DNA from: an uncultured Bacilli bacterium
Lineage (GTDB): Bacteria; Bacillota_I; Bacilli_A; RF39; UBA660
Length of the DNA: 64,000 bases
Direction of reading: 5' to 3'
Assembly: GCA_947623925.1 (NCBI GenBank)
Contig: CANQID010000002.1
Span: forward strand, 25,823 to 89,822
Numbering within the stretch: the first letter of the stretch is position 1; each line of letters opens with the position of its first letter. Under the pieces are notes generated by a model that worked only from the letters and a program-made list of their open reading frames with translations, was not told where the DNA came from and searched no databases. A program made the position numbers and the translations under genes. Positions 1 through 11,079 of this stretch are shown here, piece by piece.

Positions 1-1
1 T

Positions 2-85
2 AATTTAGATGTATTAAGAGAATATGATCCAAATGGTGTAGATAATTTTTTAAAAACTAAAAATTCAGATGAATTAGAAAGATAA
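2..85 (+). CDS. 3' end of a CDS entering from upstream (hypothetical, element-borne)
   Basis: The frame is open from the window edge to TAA at 83-85 (...NLDVLREYDPNGVDNFLKTKNSDELER*). Confidence 0.35.
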   Translation, partial: NLDVLREYDPNGVDNFLKTKNSDELER

Positions 86-87
86 CA

Positions 88-2055
88 ATGTCATTAAATA
101 GTATTATTGTTTTAATTATTATATTTATAATACTCATAGTAATAAATTTTGTAGAGCCACTTTTCACAAAAGAAAAAATAAAAGATAATAAAGAACATGG
201 ATCAGCAAGATGGGCAACATTCAATGAAATAAAAAAATATTTTAATGTAGAAAAAACAAATAATATAATTGAAAGTGGTTTTCCAATCTATTATAGTAAG
301 AACAATAAAAAAATATGGTTTGATAGACAAACTCCCCATTGGATTTATTTAGGTTCAACAGGAAGTGGAAAAAGTGTTACTTCGGTAATTCCAATGTGTT
401 CTTTTATAGCTACTGCTAAAGTTAAAAAAAGTGTTTTTATAACAGATCCTAAGGGAGAGATATTTTCGACTACAAGTAAATTGTTTAAAGATAATGGTTA
501 CAATGTTTTAACACTTGATTTTAGACAACCAGAGTATAGTAATCATGTAAATTTGCTAGAGCCAATTATAAGGGAATACGAACTTTATGATAAGTATAAA
601 AAAAAGAGTGAGATAGAGAATAATAAAAAGAAAAAGATGGATTATAAAAACAAATCAATTACTCATTTTGCAGAGGCAAATCAACTCGTAAGTGATATAT
701 GTAAAATGATAATGGAAGATACAACTGCAAAAGAAAAATTTTGGAATAATAGTGCAAGTGATTTATTATATGGAATAATATTTTTATTTTTGGAAGATTA
801 TATAGATGGAAAAATAAAAAGAAATCAAATTACATTGACATCGATAAAAAAATTTCAAAATAGTTCTATGACAGAAAGTAATAACAGAAAATTAAAAAAA
901 TATATTGAAACAAAAACCTACGAAATGAAAAGTAAAGATAAATTATTACCTATTTTAAATATATCAGATACAACATATAGATCTATAATTTCTACATTTA
1001 ATGAAAGAATGACAATATATGATGATGTAAATGTAGAAAATATAACATCAAATTCAGATTTTGATTTTGATATTTTAGGTAAGCAACCAACAGTATTGTA
1101 TTGTTGTATTCCAGATGAATCAAAAATTTATTATTCTTTAATATCAATAATTGTATCATTAATATATAAAACATTGGTATTATTATGTAATGAACAAAAG
1201 AATAAAAGACTTCCTTATGATTTAGTATTTATGTTAGATGAATTTGCAAATACGCCACCACTACCTGATATAACCACGATGGTTAGTGTAGCTAGAAGTA
1301 GGGGAATGTGGTTTAATTTTTATCTACAAAGTTTTGCTCAATTGGATAATTTATATGGTAAAGATGTTAGTCAAATCATACAGGATAATTGTGGTCTTGC
1401 ATATTTAAAAACTAATACACAATCGACAGCAGAGGAAATAAGTAAAAGACTTGGTGTTCATGGAGTTTCTACTTCATCAATTAATTATTCGATGAGTTTT
1501 ACAAATAACAATGGGAGTAAAAATACATCATTAATAAGTAGAAGTTTGATGACTGCTGATGAAATTAAACAACTTCATTATAAAACAATAATTTTTTCTA
1601 CAATAGGTTATCCAATTATTAGAGATACTATTCCTTATAATAGATTTAGTTGTTATAAAGCAGGTATTATTGAAAGGAAAAAAAGACCTCTTGAAAGATT
1701 GGTTAATACTTATTATACAGTAGAAAATATTTTGACAAATGAAAGTTCAAAAGCAACACCAAATTCACAAAAAATAAATTCAGATGAAATAAATGATGAT
1801 TGTAAATCTAAATTAAAAAATATAGTAAAAGAAATTTTAAAAATATTTGTTAATGTAGATTATGAAACTGAATATGTAAATACAAATGATAATAGTAGAA
1901 TTGATTTATATTTATCTTCTATTATGTCTAATAATGATATGTCGTCTTTGTTTGAATTATCAGAAAAAATGGGTTTTCATTTTACTATAATATCTGGTAA
2001 AGATAAGATAGATAAGGAAAATAGAAATTCTAAAATAGAAATAAGTTTGAATTAG
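88..2055 (+). CDS. Type IV secretion coupling protein (VirD4/TraG/TcpA-like ATPase)
   Basis: N-terminal TM helix, Walker A 'YLGSTGSGKSVTS', Walker B 'LVFMLDEFANTP', about 650 aa and its position in a conjugative element. Confidence 0.65.
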   Translation: MSLNSIIVLIIIFIILIVINFVEPLFTKEKIKDNKEHGSARWATFNEIKKYFNVEKTNNIIESGFPIYYSKNNKKIWFDRQTPHWIYLGSTGSGKSVTSVIPMCSFIATAKVKKSVFITDPKGEIFSTTSKLFKDNGYNVLTLDFRQPEYSNHVNLLEPIIREYELYDKYKKKSEIENNKKKKMDYKNKSITHFAEANQLVSDICKMIMEDTTAKEKFWNNSASDLLYGIIFLFLEDYIDGKIKRNQITLTSIKKFQNSSMTESNNRKLKKYIETKTYEMKSKDKLLPILNISDTTYRSIISTFNERMTIYDDVNVENITSNSDFDFDILGKQPTVLYCCIPDESKIYYSLISIIVSLIYKTLVLLCNEQKNKRLPYDLVFMLDEFANTPPLPDITTMVSVARSRGMWFNFYLQSFAQLDNLYGKDVSQIIQDNCGLAYLKTNTQSTAEEISKRLGVHGVSTSSINYSMSFTNNNGSKNTSLISRSLMTADEIKQLHYKTIIFSTIGYPIIRDTIPYNRFSCYKAGIIERKKRPLERLVNTYYTVENILTNESSKATPNSQKINSDEINDDCKSKLKNIVKEILKIFVNVDYETEYVNTNDNSRIDLYLSSIMSNNDMSSLFELSEKMGFHFTIISGKDKIDKENRNSKIEISLN

Positions 2056-2123
2056 AGTGTAGTGAATTTAGTATCTTTAGTGTATAATTATTATAGAAAA
2101 AACATTGGAATTTTGGTGATACG

Positions 2124-2309
2124 ATGGACAATAAAAATTTTGACGAAGAAGAGAAATATGGAGAAAAAGAAAAAGCAATAGCAAATATTATAAGTATTAC
2201 TATATTGTCATTAATAGGAATAGCAGTTATAGTATTTTTAACATTAAAGTATTTATCTAAAGAAATCTCAGAATATCATATGAAACAAAGTATTATTATT
2301 TGGAAGTAA
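2124..2309 (+). CDS. Small membrane protein (61 aa, one TM)
   Basis: ORF with a hydrophobic core 'IANIISITILSLIGIAVIVFLTL', lying between the coupling-protein gene and the giant gene. Confidence 0.35.
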   Translation: MDNKNFDEEEKYGEKEKAIANIISITILSLIGIAVIVFLTLKYLSKEISEYHMKQSIIIWK

Positions 2310-2374
2310 CTGATAAAAATAGAGAAGAAATAATCTCAAGAATTGAACAAGAAAATTAAGAGTATTGTGATTCT

Positions 2375-2521
2375 ATGTATAAAATAGAATTTCATAATTC
2401 ATTTCCAGATTCTACAGATTATACGATTTATTGTGGTGATGAAGGAAATATAACATTTTCAATTGATGGATCTGTTATTGCAACTTATATATTAGAGCAT
2501 GGAAGAACTGAATTAAGATAA
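2375..2521 (+). CDS. Small hypothetical ORF (48 aa)
   Basis: ATG...TAA ORF below the ORF-track cutoff in the gap before the giant gene. No motif was recognised. Confidence 0.2.
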   Translation: MYKIEFHNSFPDSTDYTIYCGDEGNITFSIDGSVIATYILEHGRTELR

Positions 2522-2592
2522 TTATTTAATGATATGAAATATGTTGTCATAATGACAACTTTTTTATTTTACAGAAAGGGGGAATTATAAAC

Positions 2593-5500
2593 TTGAAAGA
2601 TGAATTTAAGGAAGTCTTTTTTCAAACTAGAGATGAAACTTTAGAACTAATAAAAAAAGATAATTACAATTGGAATAAATTTATGAGTTATTGGTCAAAA
2701 TTGTTAGATGGCTATGGTATTGATAATATAATAAATTTATATTCATATAATCCAAATGGAAGAATTTATCATACATTTGATGAGTGGAATAATGATATTA
2801 TTGATAGAAAAATAAAACCTAAAAGTAGAGGTATTCCTATACTCAAAAATGGTAAGAAAATATATGTTTTTGATATAAAGCAAACTTATGGTAAAGATTA
2901 TAATCATTGGAATTATAATCACTTGGTAGATTATGAAATGTTGAGATTTTATCAAAATAGAAATAAAATTATAGATAGTGATATACCAATGAATGAACGA
3001 TATTATAAAGTGTTTTATAATATTGTTGAAGATAATATTCAAAATAATTATAGTAATTTGAACGAAGAAGAAGTTGAGGTTATTACAAAAATGATAACCT
3101 CACTTTTTTTGTATAAATGTAATTTTAATACATATAACTTGTCAAATGGTTTTGAGTTAATTAATGATTTTAACAATGAAGATATTTTAAGATTTATGCA
3201 AGTTGCTAATAAAGAAACAAAAGCAATTTACGAGAAATTTTATATTGATACACAAAAAATGCAAGATGTACAATATAAAATTAAAAATGCTATTATTGAA
3301 CAATATAAAACTAATCAATTTATGCCTAACAGTGATAAGCAGGGATTTTTAGAAAGTATCGAAATTGATAGTGGGTACGATTTTGAGTTATTAAATGATA
3401 TTTATAATAATTTGTTAGACAAGTATTCATATATTAATCAGAAACTATCAAGTTCTAATGATGATAAAAATGTAGAAAGTTTATCGAAAGATATTGATAA
3501 TACAAAAGGTAAAGTTGAGCAGTTATCACTATTTAATGGTATAGAAGATGAATTAGCAAATAAACTTTGTGATATATTTAATTCTTTTGATACAAAATAT
3601 AAAAATACATTTGAAATTCATAATGTCGAACTACAAAAATGGGAACACATAAAATCTAATAAACGAAATTTGTCAATCATTTTATCTAGCCCTATTGCTG
3701 ATATGGGGGAAAATGCTTTTTCACATTTTAATGTTGATAAAACAGATGAAAACAAATTAAATGAAGGAATTGCAAATAATGCTTTTATTCAATCACTATA
3801 TAAAGATAAAGATTTTTCAATTTATATTTCACCTAATTTGGTACATATTTATTGGAACAATTTTGATGAAAAACAATTCGATATGACTATACCTAGTACA
3901 AAATTGATAACTCAAAATGAAATTGATAGTCAAGAATTAGAACACATCGATAATGAAGTATCTGATATTATTGATAATAATATATCTTATAAAGTTACAA
4001 CTGCTAGAATTATACCAACTCGTAATGGTATTGAAACTAATGTAATTGAAGAACATAGTTATAATAGTGTAGGAGAAGAAGTTAAAGAAGAATATCCACC
4101 ACTTAATTATCATATAGATGATGATAAAATTGATACAAGCTTTGGTGCAAAATCAAAGTTTGATGATAATATAAAGGCAATAGAATTATTAAAAAAACTA
4201 GAAAAAGAAAATAGAAATGCAACAAGTGATGAACAGGATATTTTGTCAAAATATGTAGGTTGGGGTGGAATTGCTGATGCTTTCGATGAAAGAAAAGATA
4301 ATTGGAAAAATGAAAGAGAAAAATTAAAATCACTTTTAACCGATGAGGAATATAAAGAATCTGCACATTCTACTTTGTCATCTTTTTATACACCAAATCT
4401 AGCAATAGATGGAATATATAAAGTATTGAAACAATTTGGTTTTGAAAAAGGAAATATATTAGAGCCAAGTTGTGCAATTGGAAACTTTTTTGGAAGATTA
4501 CCTAGTGAATTTGAAAAATCTAAATTATATGGTGTAGAGATAGATAGTATAAGTGGTAGAATTGCTAAAAAACTTTATCCTAACGCTAAAATAGAAATAA
4601 GTGGTTATGAGAATTCGAAAGTTTCAGATGAATTTTTTGATGTTGCAATAGGTAATGTACCTTTTGGTAATAATACAGTATATGACAAAAGATATAAAGA
4701 TAAATTTTTAATTCATGACTATTTTTTTCAAAAAACATTAGATAAAGTTAGAGCTGGAGGATTAATTGCTTTTATAACTACTGATGGAACATTAGATAAG
4801 AAAGATACTAGAGTAAGAGAGTATATAGCAAAAAGAGCAGAATTTTTAGGAGCAATAAGATTACCAAATAACACTTTTTTAGGAAATGCAAATACAAAAG
4901 TTACATCTGATATTATATTTTTGAAAAAAAGAAATGAACTTAAGTTAGATATAAATGATGAAAAATGGATTTATACAAGTGAATATTCTGATGGAATTAC
5001 AATAAATAACTATTATGTTGATAATCCTGATATGATGCTTGGAAAAATGGAATTACAATCGACTGCGTATGGCTATGATAATACATTAAGTCCAACTGAT
5101 GAAGATATTAATATATTAATGGAACAAGCAATACATAATTTACCTAGAAATATTTATGAAAAAGTTACATATAACGAAGAAGAAATAAATAATGAATATG
5201 AAATACTTGATGCAGATGACGATACTATTAAAAATAACGCTTTTGTTATTAAGAATATAAATAATAAAGATGTCATTTATCAAAGATTGGATTCATCATT
5301 AGTACCATATCCGATTCAAGATGGAATGGTAGCAAAAAGAATTATTGGTCTTTGTAAAGTGAAGACAGCTTTAAGATATGTTTTTGATGTACAACTTCAT
5401 GATGGAAGTGATGAAGATTTAGAAATAGCACAACAAATCTTAAATGATGAATATGATGAGTTTTGCAAAAAGTATGGTTATATTAATGATAGTTCAAATG

Positions 5501-8500
5501 AAAGAGCATTTAGTAATGATCCAGATTATTATTTACTTACATCTATTGAAAATATTATAAATAAGGATGAAGATGATAGTAAGCCAATATATGAAAAAGG
5601 AGATGTTTTTACAAAAAGAACTATTAGAAAAAGTAAGAAAGTAACTAAAGCTGAAACTGCTGAGGATGCATTAAGATATTCATTAAATAATCGAGGGTGT
5701 GTTGATTTTGAATATATGAAAAAATTATATCCAAAAGAAGATAATGAGATAATTAATGAATTAGATAATTTAATATTTCAAGATCCTGAAAAAGAAAGTA
5801 ATTCTAATAATGGTTGGGTAATAGCAAGTGAATATTTGAGTGGTAATGTAAAGCATAAACTTAAATTTGCTAAATCAATGAATATTGATAATAAATATGA
5901 CAAAAATATTGAGGCACTCGAAAGGGTACAACCTAAACCTATTGAGTATGACGAAATAAGTGTTAAATTAGGAACAACATGGATACCAGAAGATATATAT
6001 CATGATTTCTGTTGTGAATTATTAGATATATATGGTGAAAATAAAAACCTACTAAAAATAAAATATGTAAAAGAAGCAAACACATGGTTATTTCAAGCAA
6101 GTGGTTTATATAATTATGGAATAAAAAGCACGAGTACTTGGGGAACTCATAGAGCTGATGCTTTAGCTTTAATAAAGAATGCTTTAAATCTTCAAACTGT
6201 AACTGTATACGATCAACTCGAAGATGACAGGAAAGTTGTAAACCCTATTGAAACTGCTAATGCAAGAGAAAAGCAAGAATTAATAAAACAAGAATTTAAA
6301 GATTGGATTTGGAGAGATGAAGAAAGAAGAAATAGATTAACAAAATTATACAATGAACAATTTAATTGTATGAGAGAAAGAGAATTTGATGGTAGTCATT
6401 TAACTTTCGATGGCATGAATCCAAATATAGAACTTAGGACACATCAAAAAAATGCAGTTGCTCGTGTTTTATATGGTGGGAATACATTACTTGCTCATGC
6501 AGTTGGTGCAGGCAAAACATATGAGTGTATAGCAAGTGCTATGGAATTAAAAAGACTTGGTATTGTTAGTAAACCCATGTTTGTTGTTCCAAATCATTTA
6601 CTAGGACAATGGGCAAATGAAATATTAAAACTTTATCCTATGGCAAATATTCTTGTGGCAACTCAAAAAGATTTTGAAAAAACAAGAAGAAAAAAGTTCA
6701 TGGGAAAAATAGCAACAGGGGAATGGGATGCAGTTTTAATTGCACATTCTAGTTTTGGACTTATTCCTATGAGTAAGGAATATGAAGAAAAACATATGCA
6801 AAAACAAATATATGAAATAACTAGTGCTATTGAAAGAATAAAAGAAGAGTCAGGGAAAGGTTTAAGTGTAAAGAAACTTGAACAAATGAAAACAAGCATG
6901 GAAACAAAATTAAAATCATTATTAGATGCACAAAAAGATGATGTAGTTACATTTGAAGAACTTGGCGTAGATGAATTAATTGTTGATGAGGCACATATGT
7001 TTAAAAATCTACCAATGTATTCAAAAATAAGAAATGTTGCAGGAATAAATAATAGTGAAAGTAAAAAGGCTACTGATTTATTTATGAAAGTAAGTTATAT
7101 ACTTGAAAATAATGGTGGAAGAGGAGCAATATTTGCAACAGGTACTCCAATATCTAACTCAATGGGAGAATTATTTGTAATGCAAAGATATCTTCAAATT
7201 GATAGATTAAGAGAAATGAAATTAGAATATTTTGATGAATGGGCTTCAACTTTTGGAGAAATAGTTAATAGTTTTGAAATAGCACCTGATGGTAGTGGTT
7301 TTAGAACAAGAGCAAGATTTGCACAATTTTTTAATATTCCAGAACTTATGACTTTATTTAAAGAAATTGCTGATATTAAAACCTCAAAAATGTTAGATTT
7401 ACCTATTCCTAAATTAAAAGGTGGAGATTATAAGATTGTAGTTGCACCTAAAAGTGAAGAATTAGAAGAGTATATACAAAAATTAGCAGAGAGAAGTGAG
7501 GTAATTAGAGAAGGTTGTGATCCTAGAAAAGATAATATGCTTTTAGTTACAAATGATGGAAGAAAAGCAGCACTCGATTTAAGAATGATAGATCCAAGTA
7601 TGCCAGATTTACCAAATTCAAAGATAAATATGGCAGTAGAAAATATTTATAGAATATGGTTAGAGAACAAAGAAAACAAGCTAACACAACTTGTTTTTTG
7701 TGATTTATCTACACCTAAAAATGATGGTACTTTTAATGTTTATGATGATATTAGAAATAAATTGATTAAAAAGGGTGTACCAAGTGAAGAGATTGAGTTT
7801 ATTCATAATGCTAAAACTAATCAACAAAAATTGAAATTATTTGAAGACATGAGGAATGGAACAAAACGAGTGCTTATAGGCTCAACTTCTAAAATGGGTG
7901 CAGGTATGAATGTTCAAGACAAATTAATTGCTTTACATCATCTTGATTGTCCATGGAGGCCATCTGATATAGAACAAAGAGAGGGGAGAATTTTAAGACA
8001 AGGAAATCAAAATGATGAGGTAGAGATATATAGGTATGTAACAGAGGGTAGTTTTGATGCTTATTCATATCAATTAATTCAAACTAAATCAACTTTTATA
8101 AATCAAATAATGGCTAATAGTAATGGTGGAGGAAGAACAGCAGAAGATTTAGACAGAGATACACTTACTTATGCAGAAGTTAAAGCACTTGCTAGTGGAA
8201 ATCCTTTGATTTTAGAGAAATTTAAAGTTGAGAATGAATTAAAACAATTATATTTATCTAAAAGTAGGTATGATAAAACTCATATTGAACTTGAATCAAA
8301 ATATAATAATGAACTTCCAAAACAATTAAAATACCAAAAACAATATTTAAGCAATCTTGAAGAAGATATAAAAAATGTAAAAGATTTGTCTGCTGATAAT
8401 TTTAAAATTACTATTATGGAAAAAGTATATAATTCAAGAAAAGAAGCAAGTACAAAATTTTACGAAAGTTTGTCATTATTGAAATTAAATGAGGAAATCA

Positions 8501-8874
8501 AATTGGGTAGCATAAGTGGTTTTGATATTGTTGGTATAAAAGATGGATTATGGTATAAACCTATAATTTATATCAAAGGTGCAGGAAAATATAGGGTTGA
8601 GATAAACGATATAGACGAAATTGGTAACATTTATAAATTAGAAAATATGTTAAAAAGTTTTGAAAATAAGATAAATACAGTTAAAGAGCAAATAAGTTAT
8701 AACGAGAAACAACTTATCGATATAAAAGAAGAACTTGACAAACCTTTTAACCAACAAGATAGAATTAAAGAATTGCAAAAAGAAAAAGCTAGAATTGATA
8801 GTGAACTTGATTTAGATAAGCAGGAAAATATGACAAATTTAGATGAACTTGATGAAGAAGTGATTGAAAGATAA
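2593..8874 (+). CDS. Giant (2093 aa) N6-adenine DNA methyltransferase + SNF2/DEAH helicase fusion protein, DarB-like (probable anti-restriction protein of the mobile element)
   Basis: MTase motif I '[12 protein letters not shown]' (aa ~623) and motif IV 'GNVPFGNN' (aa ~686). Helicase motif I '[11 protein letters not shown]' (aa ~1300), 'DEAHMFKN' (aa ~1464) and HELICc '[25 protein letters not shown]' (aa ~1780). About 600 aa at the N terminus have no recognised domain, and the C terminus is coiled-coil. Confidence 0.75.
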   Translation: MKDEFKEVFFQTRDETLELIKKDNYNWNKFMSYWSKLLDGYGIDNIINLYSYNPNGRIYHTFDEWNNDIIDRKIKPKSRGIPILKNGKKIYVFDIKQTYGKDYNHWNYNHLVDYEMLRFYQNRNKIIDSDIPMNERYYKVFYNIVEDNIQNNYSNLNEEEVEVITKMITSLFLYKCNFNTYNLSNGFELINDFNNEDILRFMQVANKETKAIYEKFYIDTQKMQDVQYKIKNAIIEQYKTNQFMPNSDKQGFLESIEIDSGYDFELLNDIYNNLLDKYSYINQKLSSSNDDKNVESLSKDIDNTKGKVEQLSLFNGIEDELANKLCDIFNSFDTKYKNTFEIHNVELQKWEHIKSNKRNLSIILSSPIADMGENAFSHFNVDKTDENKLNEGIANNAFIQSLYKDKDFSIYISPNLVHIYWNNFDEKQFDMTIPSTKLITQNEIDSQELEHIDNEVSDIIDNNISYKVTTARIIPTRNGIETNVIEEHSYNSVGEEVKEEYPPLNYHIDDDKIDTSFGAKSKFDDNIKAIELLKKLEKENRNATSDEQDILSKYVGWGGIADAFDERKDNWKNEREKLKSLLTDEEYKESAHSTLSSFYTPNLAIDGIYKVLKQFGFEKGNILEPSCAIGNFFGRLPSEFEKSKLYGVEIDSISGRIAKKLYPNAKIEISGYENSKVSDEFFDVAIGNVPFGNNTVYDKRYKDKFLIHDYFFQKTLDKVRAGGLIAFITTDGTLDKKDTRVREYIAKRAEFLGAIRLPNNTFLGNANTKVTSDIIFLKKRNELKLDINDEKWIYTSEYSDGITINNYYVDNPDMMLGKMELQSTAYGYDNTLSPTDEDINILMEQAIHNLPRNIYEKVTYNEEEINNEYEILDADDDTIKNNAFVIKNINNKDVIYQRLDSSLVPYPIQDGMVAKRIIGLCKVKTALRYVFDVQLHDGSDEDLEIAQQILNDEYDEFCKKYGYINDSSNERAFSNDPDYYLLTSIENIINKDEDDSKPIYEKGDVFTKRTIRKSKKVTKAETAEDALRYSLNNRGCVDFEYMKKLYPKEDNEIINELDNLIFQDPEKESNSNNGWVIASEYLSGNVKHKLKFAKSMNIDNKYDKNIEALERVQPKPIEYDEISVKLGTTWIPEDIYHDFCCELLDIYGENKNLLKIKYVKEANTWLFQASGLYNYGIKSTSTWGTHRADALALIKNALNLQTVTVYDQLEDDRKVVNPIETANAREKQELIKQEFKDWIWRDEERRNRLTKLYNEQFNCMREREFDGSHLTFDGMNPNIELRTHQKNAVARVLYGGNTLLAHAVGAGKTYECIASAMELKRLGIVSKPMFVVPNHLLGQWANEILKLYPMANILVATQKDFEKTRRKKFMGKIATGEWDAVLIAHSSFGLIPMSKEYEEKHMQKQIYEITSAIERIKEESGKGLSVKKLEQMKTSMETKLKSLLDAQKDDVVTFEELGVDELIVDEAHMFKNLPMYSKIRNVAGINNSESKKATDLFMKVSYILENNGGRGAIFATGTPISNSMGELFVMQRYLQIDRLREMKLEYFDEWASTFGEIVNSFEIAPDGSGFRTRARFAQFFNIPELMTLFKEIADIKTSKMLDLPIPKLKGGDYKIVVAPKSEELEEYIQKLAERSEVIREGCDPRKDNMLLVTNDGRKAALDLRMIDPSMPDLPNSKINMAVENIYRIWLENKENKLTQLVFCDLSTPKNDGTFNVYDDIRNKLIKKGVPSEEIEFIHNAKTNQQKLKLFEDMRNGTKRVLIGSTSKMGAGMNVQDKLIALHHLDCPWRPSDIEQREGRILRQGNQNDEVEIYRYVTEGSFDAYSYQLIQTKSTFINQIMANSNGGGRTAEDLDRDTLTYAEVKALASGNPLILEKFKVENELKQLYLSKSRYDKTHIELESKYNNELPKQLKYQKQYLSNLEEDIKNVKDLSADNFKITIMEKVYNSRKEASTKFYESLSLLKLNEEIKLGSISGFDIVGIKDGLWYKPIIYIKGAGKYRVEINDIDEIGNIYKLENMLKSFENKINTVKEQISYNEKQLIDIKEELDKPFNQQDRIKELQKEKARIDSELDLDKQENMTNLDELDEEVIER

Positions 8875-9185
8875 AACTTTTTAGATTTTTTGCAAAAAAA
8901 CTCTTGCAAAATTTACTTTTTTAAGTGATAAATAAACTGAACAAAAAATGCTGTTAAACATATCTAATTCAAACGATATTAAAGGTGATGTGATAAATAC
9001 TAAAAAATAAAACCTCTTAAAACAGCTTTAAATAGTTCTTATGAAAGAAAAAGAAGAATTTAACCAAGATTTACTGAATTATATTACTGAAACAACAAGT
9101 AATGTCAGAAATTTAATAGATAAATTAGAAAAAAAGGAAGATATAAATAAATTAAAATTTTTAATTTTGAATCGATTGGATTGTA
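8872..9185. repeat. Degenerate duplicate (with two internal deletions) of the promoter/5'-gene module at 10879-11530
   Basis: About 110 bp are near-identical (8872-8990 vs 10879-10990). The copy then continues with fragments matching the start of the 11080 ORF and parts of the 11331 ORF. Confidence 0.8.
8904..8935 (+). promoter_or_regulatory. Putative sigma-A-type promoter (TTGCAA -35, about 17-nt spacer, TG-aTAAAT -10 region), copy 1
   Basis: The sequence 'TTGCAAaatttacttttttaagTGATAAAT' sits immediately after the giant gene's stop and is duplicated at 10911-10942. Confidence 0.35.
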
Positions 9186-9193
9186 TTATATGA
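9041..9193 (+). pseudogene. Chimeric 50-aa ORF fusing the N-terminus of the 11080 ORF to fragments of the 11331 ORF (decayed paralog, no Shine-Dalgarno)
   Basis: It translates to MKEKEEFNQDLLNYITE|TTSNVRNLIDKLEKKEDINKLKFLI|LNRLDCII. The RBS present in copy 2 ('gaaaggag') is deleted here. Confidence 0.45.
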
Positions 9194-9430
9194 TGCTAGT
9201 AAGGGACTGTTAAGAAATTAATCATTTAATTTTTGAACAGTTCCTTTGAACATGATTATAATTTTAAGTCTGGATGGTTACTGTTATTTAAAAAAACAAA
9301 AAACCAGAAATTAGTTGAAAAATGATTTTGAAAGTGATATACTCAAATTAGAAAAATCAGAAAGAGTTTCACAACATATAGATGGGAGGGATGACACAAT
9401 AATATAATGTTTTTTTGAAATTGATTTGAA

Positions 9431-9497
9431 GTATGTTGTATGTTGTGTGTTGTATGTTGTATGTTGTGTGTTGTGTGTTGTATGATGTATGCTGTAG
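9431..9497. repeat. GT-rich microsatellite, imperfect (TGTTGTRTG)n, about 7 units
   Basis: Direct reading gives 'gtatgttgtatgttgtgtgttgtatgttgtatgttgtgtgttgtgtgttgtatgatgtatgctgtag', about 80 bp upstream of the 9580 ORF. Confidence 0.85.
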
Positions 9498-9579
9498 ATT
9501 TTTTTAAGGTAAGGAGGTAGTATGAAAATAATTTTTGTTTTCATGACTATGTGTGCCTTGAATAAAGAGAAAGGAATGT

Positions 9580-10263
9580 GTGGTTATTATGAAAAAATTA
9601 AAAGAAAAAATTTTAAAGATTTTATTAGTAGCAGTACTTGCAGTACCATTTTTTTTATCAAACAGTTCAACTGTTTTAGCATATGAGTCAGACACAATTG
9701 ATGAGGCTTTTAAAAATTTACAAAATAAAATAGATTCTAAACTAGATATAGTGTATGATAATGGTGAATATGTTTACTCATATAATTATGATGATATTAA
9801 AGAAATAATATATAATTCTGGATTTGATTTTGAACAATTTAATGCCAAGTATGGAACAAATTATGACAAAACTTCATTTTTAAATGCTGTTATAACTTCA
9901 ATAGATAGTACAAAATTACATTCAAATGTAGCACCAATTGCAAATTATTGTAATCATGATGAAAGTACTCAAGGATGGAATTATTATAGAGAATTTATGT
10001 CAGAATCTGTGTCAAAAAATACCGTATCAGATTTAAGGCAAACAGCAACTAATTTTAGACTTGGTGGAACAGGAGTAGGGTTGTTAATAGGTACTGTTAG
10101 TAAATTATTTGGAGGAGTATTTAAATTGGGTACAGCATATGATGCTTGGTATTTTGATACATTAGCAAATTCAATAGAAGTTAATATGTCTGGTTGTGGT
10201 ACTGTAACTGACATCAATAAATTTACTACTGTATTTACTGTATGGGATCAAAGAGATTTTTAA
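9580..10263 (+). CDS. Secreted protein (227 aa) with signal peptide and a C-terminal Gly-zipper amphipathic region; putative toxin/bacteriocin-like cargo
   Basis: Signal peptide 'KKLKEKILKILLVAVLAVPFFLSNSSTVLA|YE' and a C-terminal 'LGGTGVGLLIGTVSKLFGGVFKLGTAYDAWYF'. The likelier start is the ATG at 9589. Confidence 0.5.
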   Translation: MVIMKKLKEKILKILLVAVLAVPFFLSNSSTVLAYESDTIDEAFKNLQNKIDSKLDIVYDNGEYVYSYNYDDIKEIIYNSGFDFEQFNAKYGTNYDKTSFLNAVITSIDSTKLHSNVAPIANYCNHDESTQGWNYYREFMSESVSKNTVSDLRQTATNFRLGGTGVGLLIGTVSKLFGGVFKLGTAYDAWYFDTLANSIEVNMSGCGTVTDINKFTTVFTVWDQRDF

Positions 10264-10280
10264 TAAGGAGGTAGCTATTA

Positions 10281-10538
10281 ATGAAATTGGGAAAAAAAAC
10301 CAGTAAGTATATTTATATAATAATATCTTTGCTAGCTGTTTTCTTACTTTTTTTAGGAATCGGTAAAGTGATTGAACTTAGATTGGCTTCATTACTTATT
10401 GAATTTTTGGTTTGTATTACATTTTTAATTGATTCTATTTTTAAGTTTAAAGAAGGTAAAAAGGCAGAAGCATTAACATTTTTAATTTTTGTTATATTAA
10501 TGGTTTTCTTTACTATTTCAAGTCTCCTAAATTATTAG
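10281..10538 (+). CDS. Small membrane protein (85 aa, 2-3 TM), candidate immunity/partner protein
   Basis: The RBS 'taaggaggtag' precedes it, it is hydrophobic throughout, and it lies 18 bp after the secreted-protein gene. Confidence 0.5.
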   Translation: MKLGKKTSKYIYIIISLLAVFLLFLGIGKVIELRLASLLIEFLVCITFLIDSIFKFKEGKKAEALTFLIFVILMVFFTISSLLNY

Positions 10539-10603
10539 TTTTTTGATTTTTTAAGTATATAATGAAAGGGTCTGTTTGGAAATTAAATTATTGATTTTAC
10601 GGC

Positions 10604-10697
10604 TCTTCGAAATCTAGTGGGGGAGTAAAAAATAGTTCTCATCGAAATTTGATGAGGACTTTTTTTCATATTATCTTCGAGTTTTAGTGAGGAGTAA
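10604..10697. repeat. Three imperfect about 24-bp direct repeats (iteron-like), consensus tcYtcgaRwtYtaGtGrGGAGta
   Basis: R1 is 10604-10628 'ctcttcgaaatctagtgggggagtaa', R2 is 10637-10660 'tctcatcgaaatttgatgaggact' and R3 is 10673-10697 'atcttcgagttttagtgaggagtaa'. Confidence 0.6.
10635..10668 (+). terminator. Rho-independent terminator after the secreted/membrane gene pair
   Basis: The stem 'ctcatc' + loop 'gaaattt' + 'gatgag' is followed by 'gactttttttc'. Confidence 0.5.
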
Positions 10698-10910
10698 CAA
10701 AAGGTTGTTATTCACTTTTTTATATGAGATAATTATTATATAATTTATATTACTAGAAAAGGCTCAAAAGTTTAAATGAATTATTATGATGAATTGGCTC
10801 ATCTAACATTAGCTGTTAGAATCATTTATGACTATTATAAATTTTAATTACGAAATTTGGTATAAAGAAAATCCAAATAAAACATTTTTAGATTTTTTGC
10901 AAAAAAACTC

Positions 10911-10942
10911 TTGCAAAATTTACTTTTTTAAGTGATAAATAA
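10911..10942 (+). promoter_or_regulatory. Putative sigma-A-type promoter, copy 2 (drives the 11080/11331 genes)
   Basis: Same sequence as 8904-8935, placed about 140 bp upstream of RBS 'gaaaggag' and the ATG at 11080. Confidence 0.35.
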
Positions 10943-11079
10943 ACTGAACAAAAAATGCTGTTAAACATATCTAATTCAAACGATATTAAAAGTGATGTGG
11001 AGGGTTTGGTAACTATAAGTACTAAAAAATAAAACCTCTTAAAACGGCTTTAATTAGTTCTTATGAAAGGAGTTTATTT

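Noticed and set aside
2743-3042. Minus-strand ORFs inside the giant gene (2743-3042, 4103-4366, 6663-6899, 8697-8909)
   Set aside because: They are AT-rich antisense frames with Ile/Phe/Leu-rich products, no RBS, and are fully embedded in a strongly supported coding region.
9311-9544. Minus-strand 77-aa ORF containing 'HHTTHNTQHTTYNTQHTTY'
   Set aside because: It is a translation artefact of the GT microsatellite read on the opposite strand. There is no RBS, and the repetitive amino-acid pattern simply mirrors the DNA repeat.
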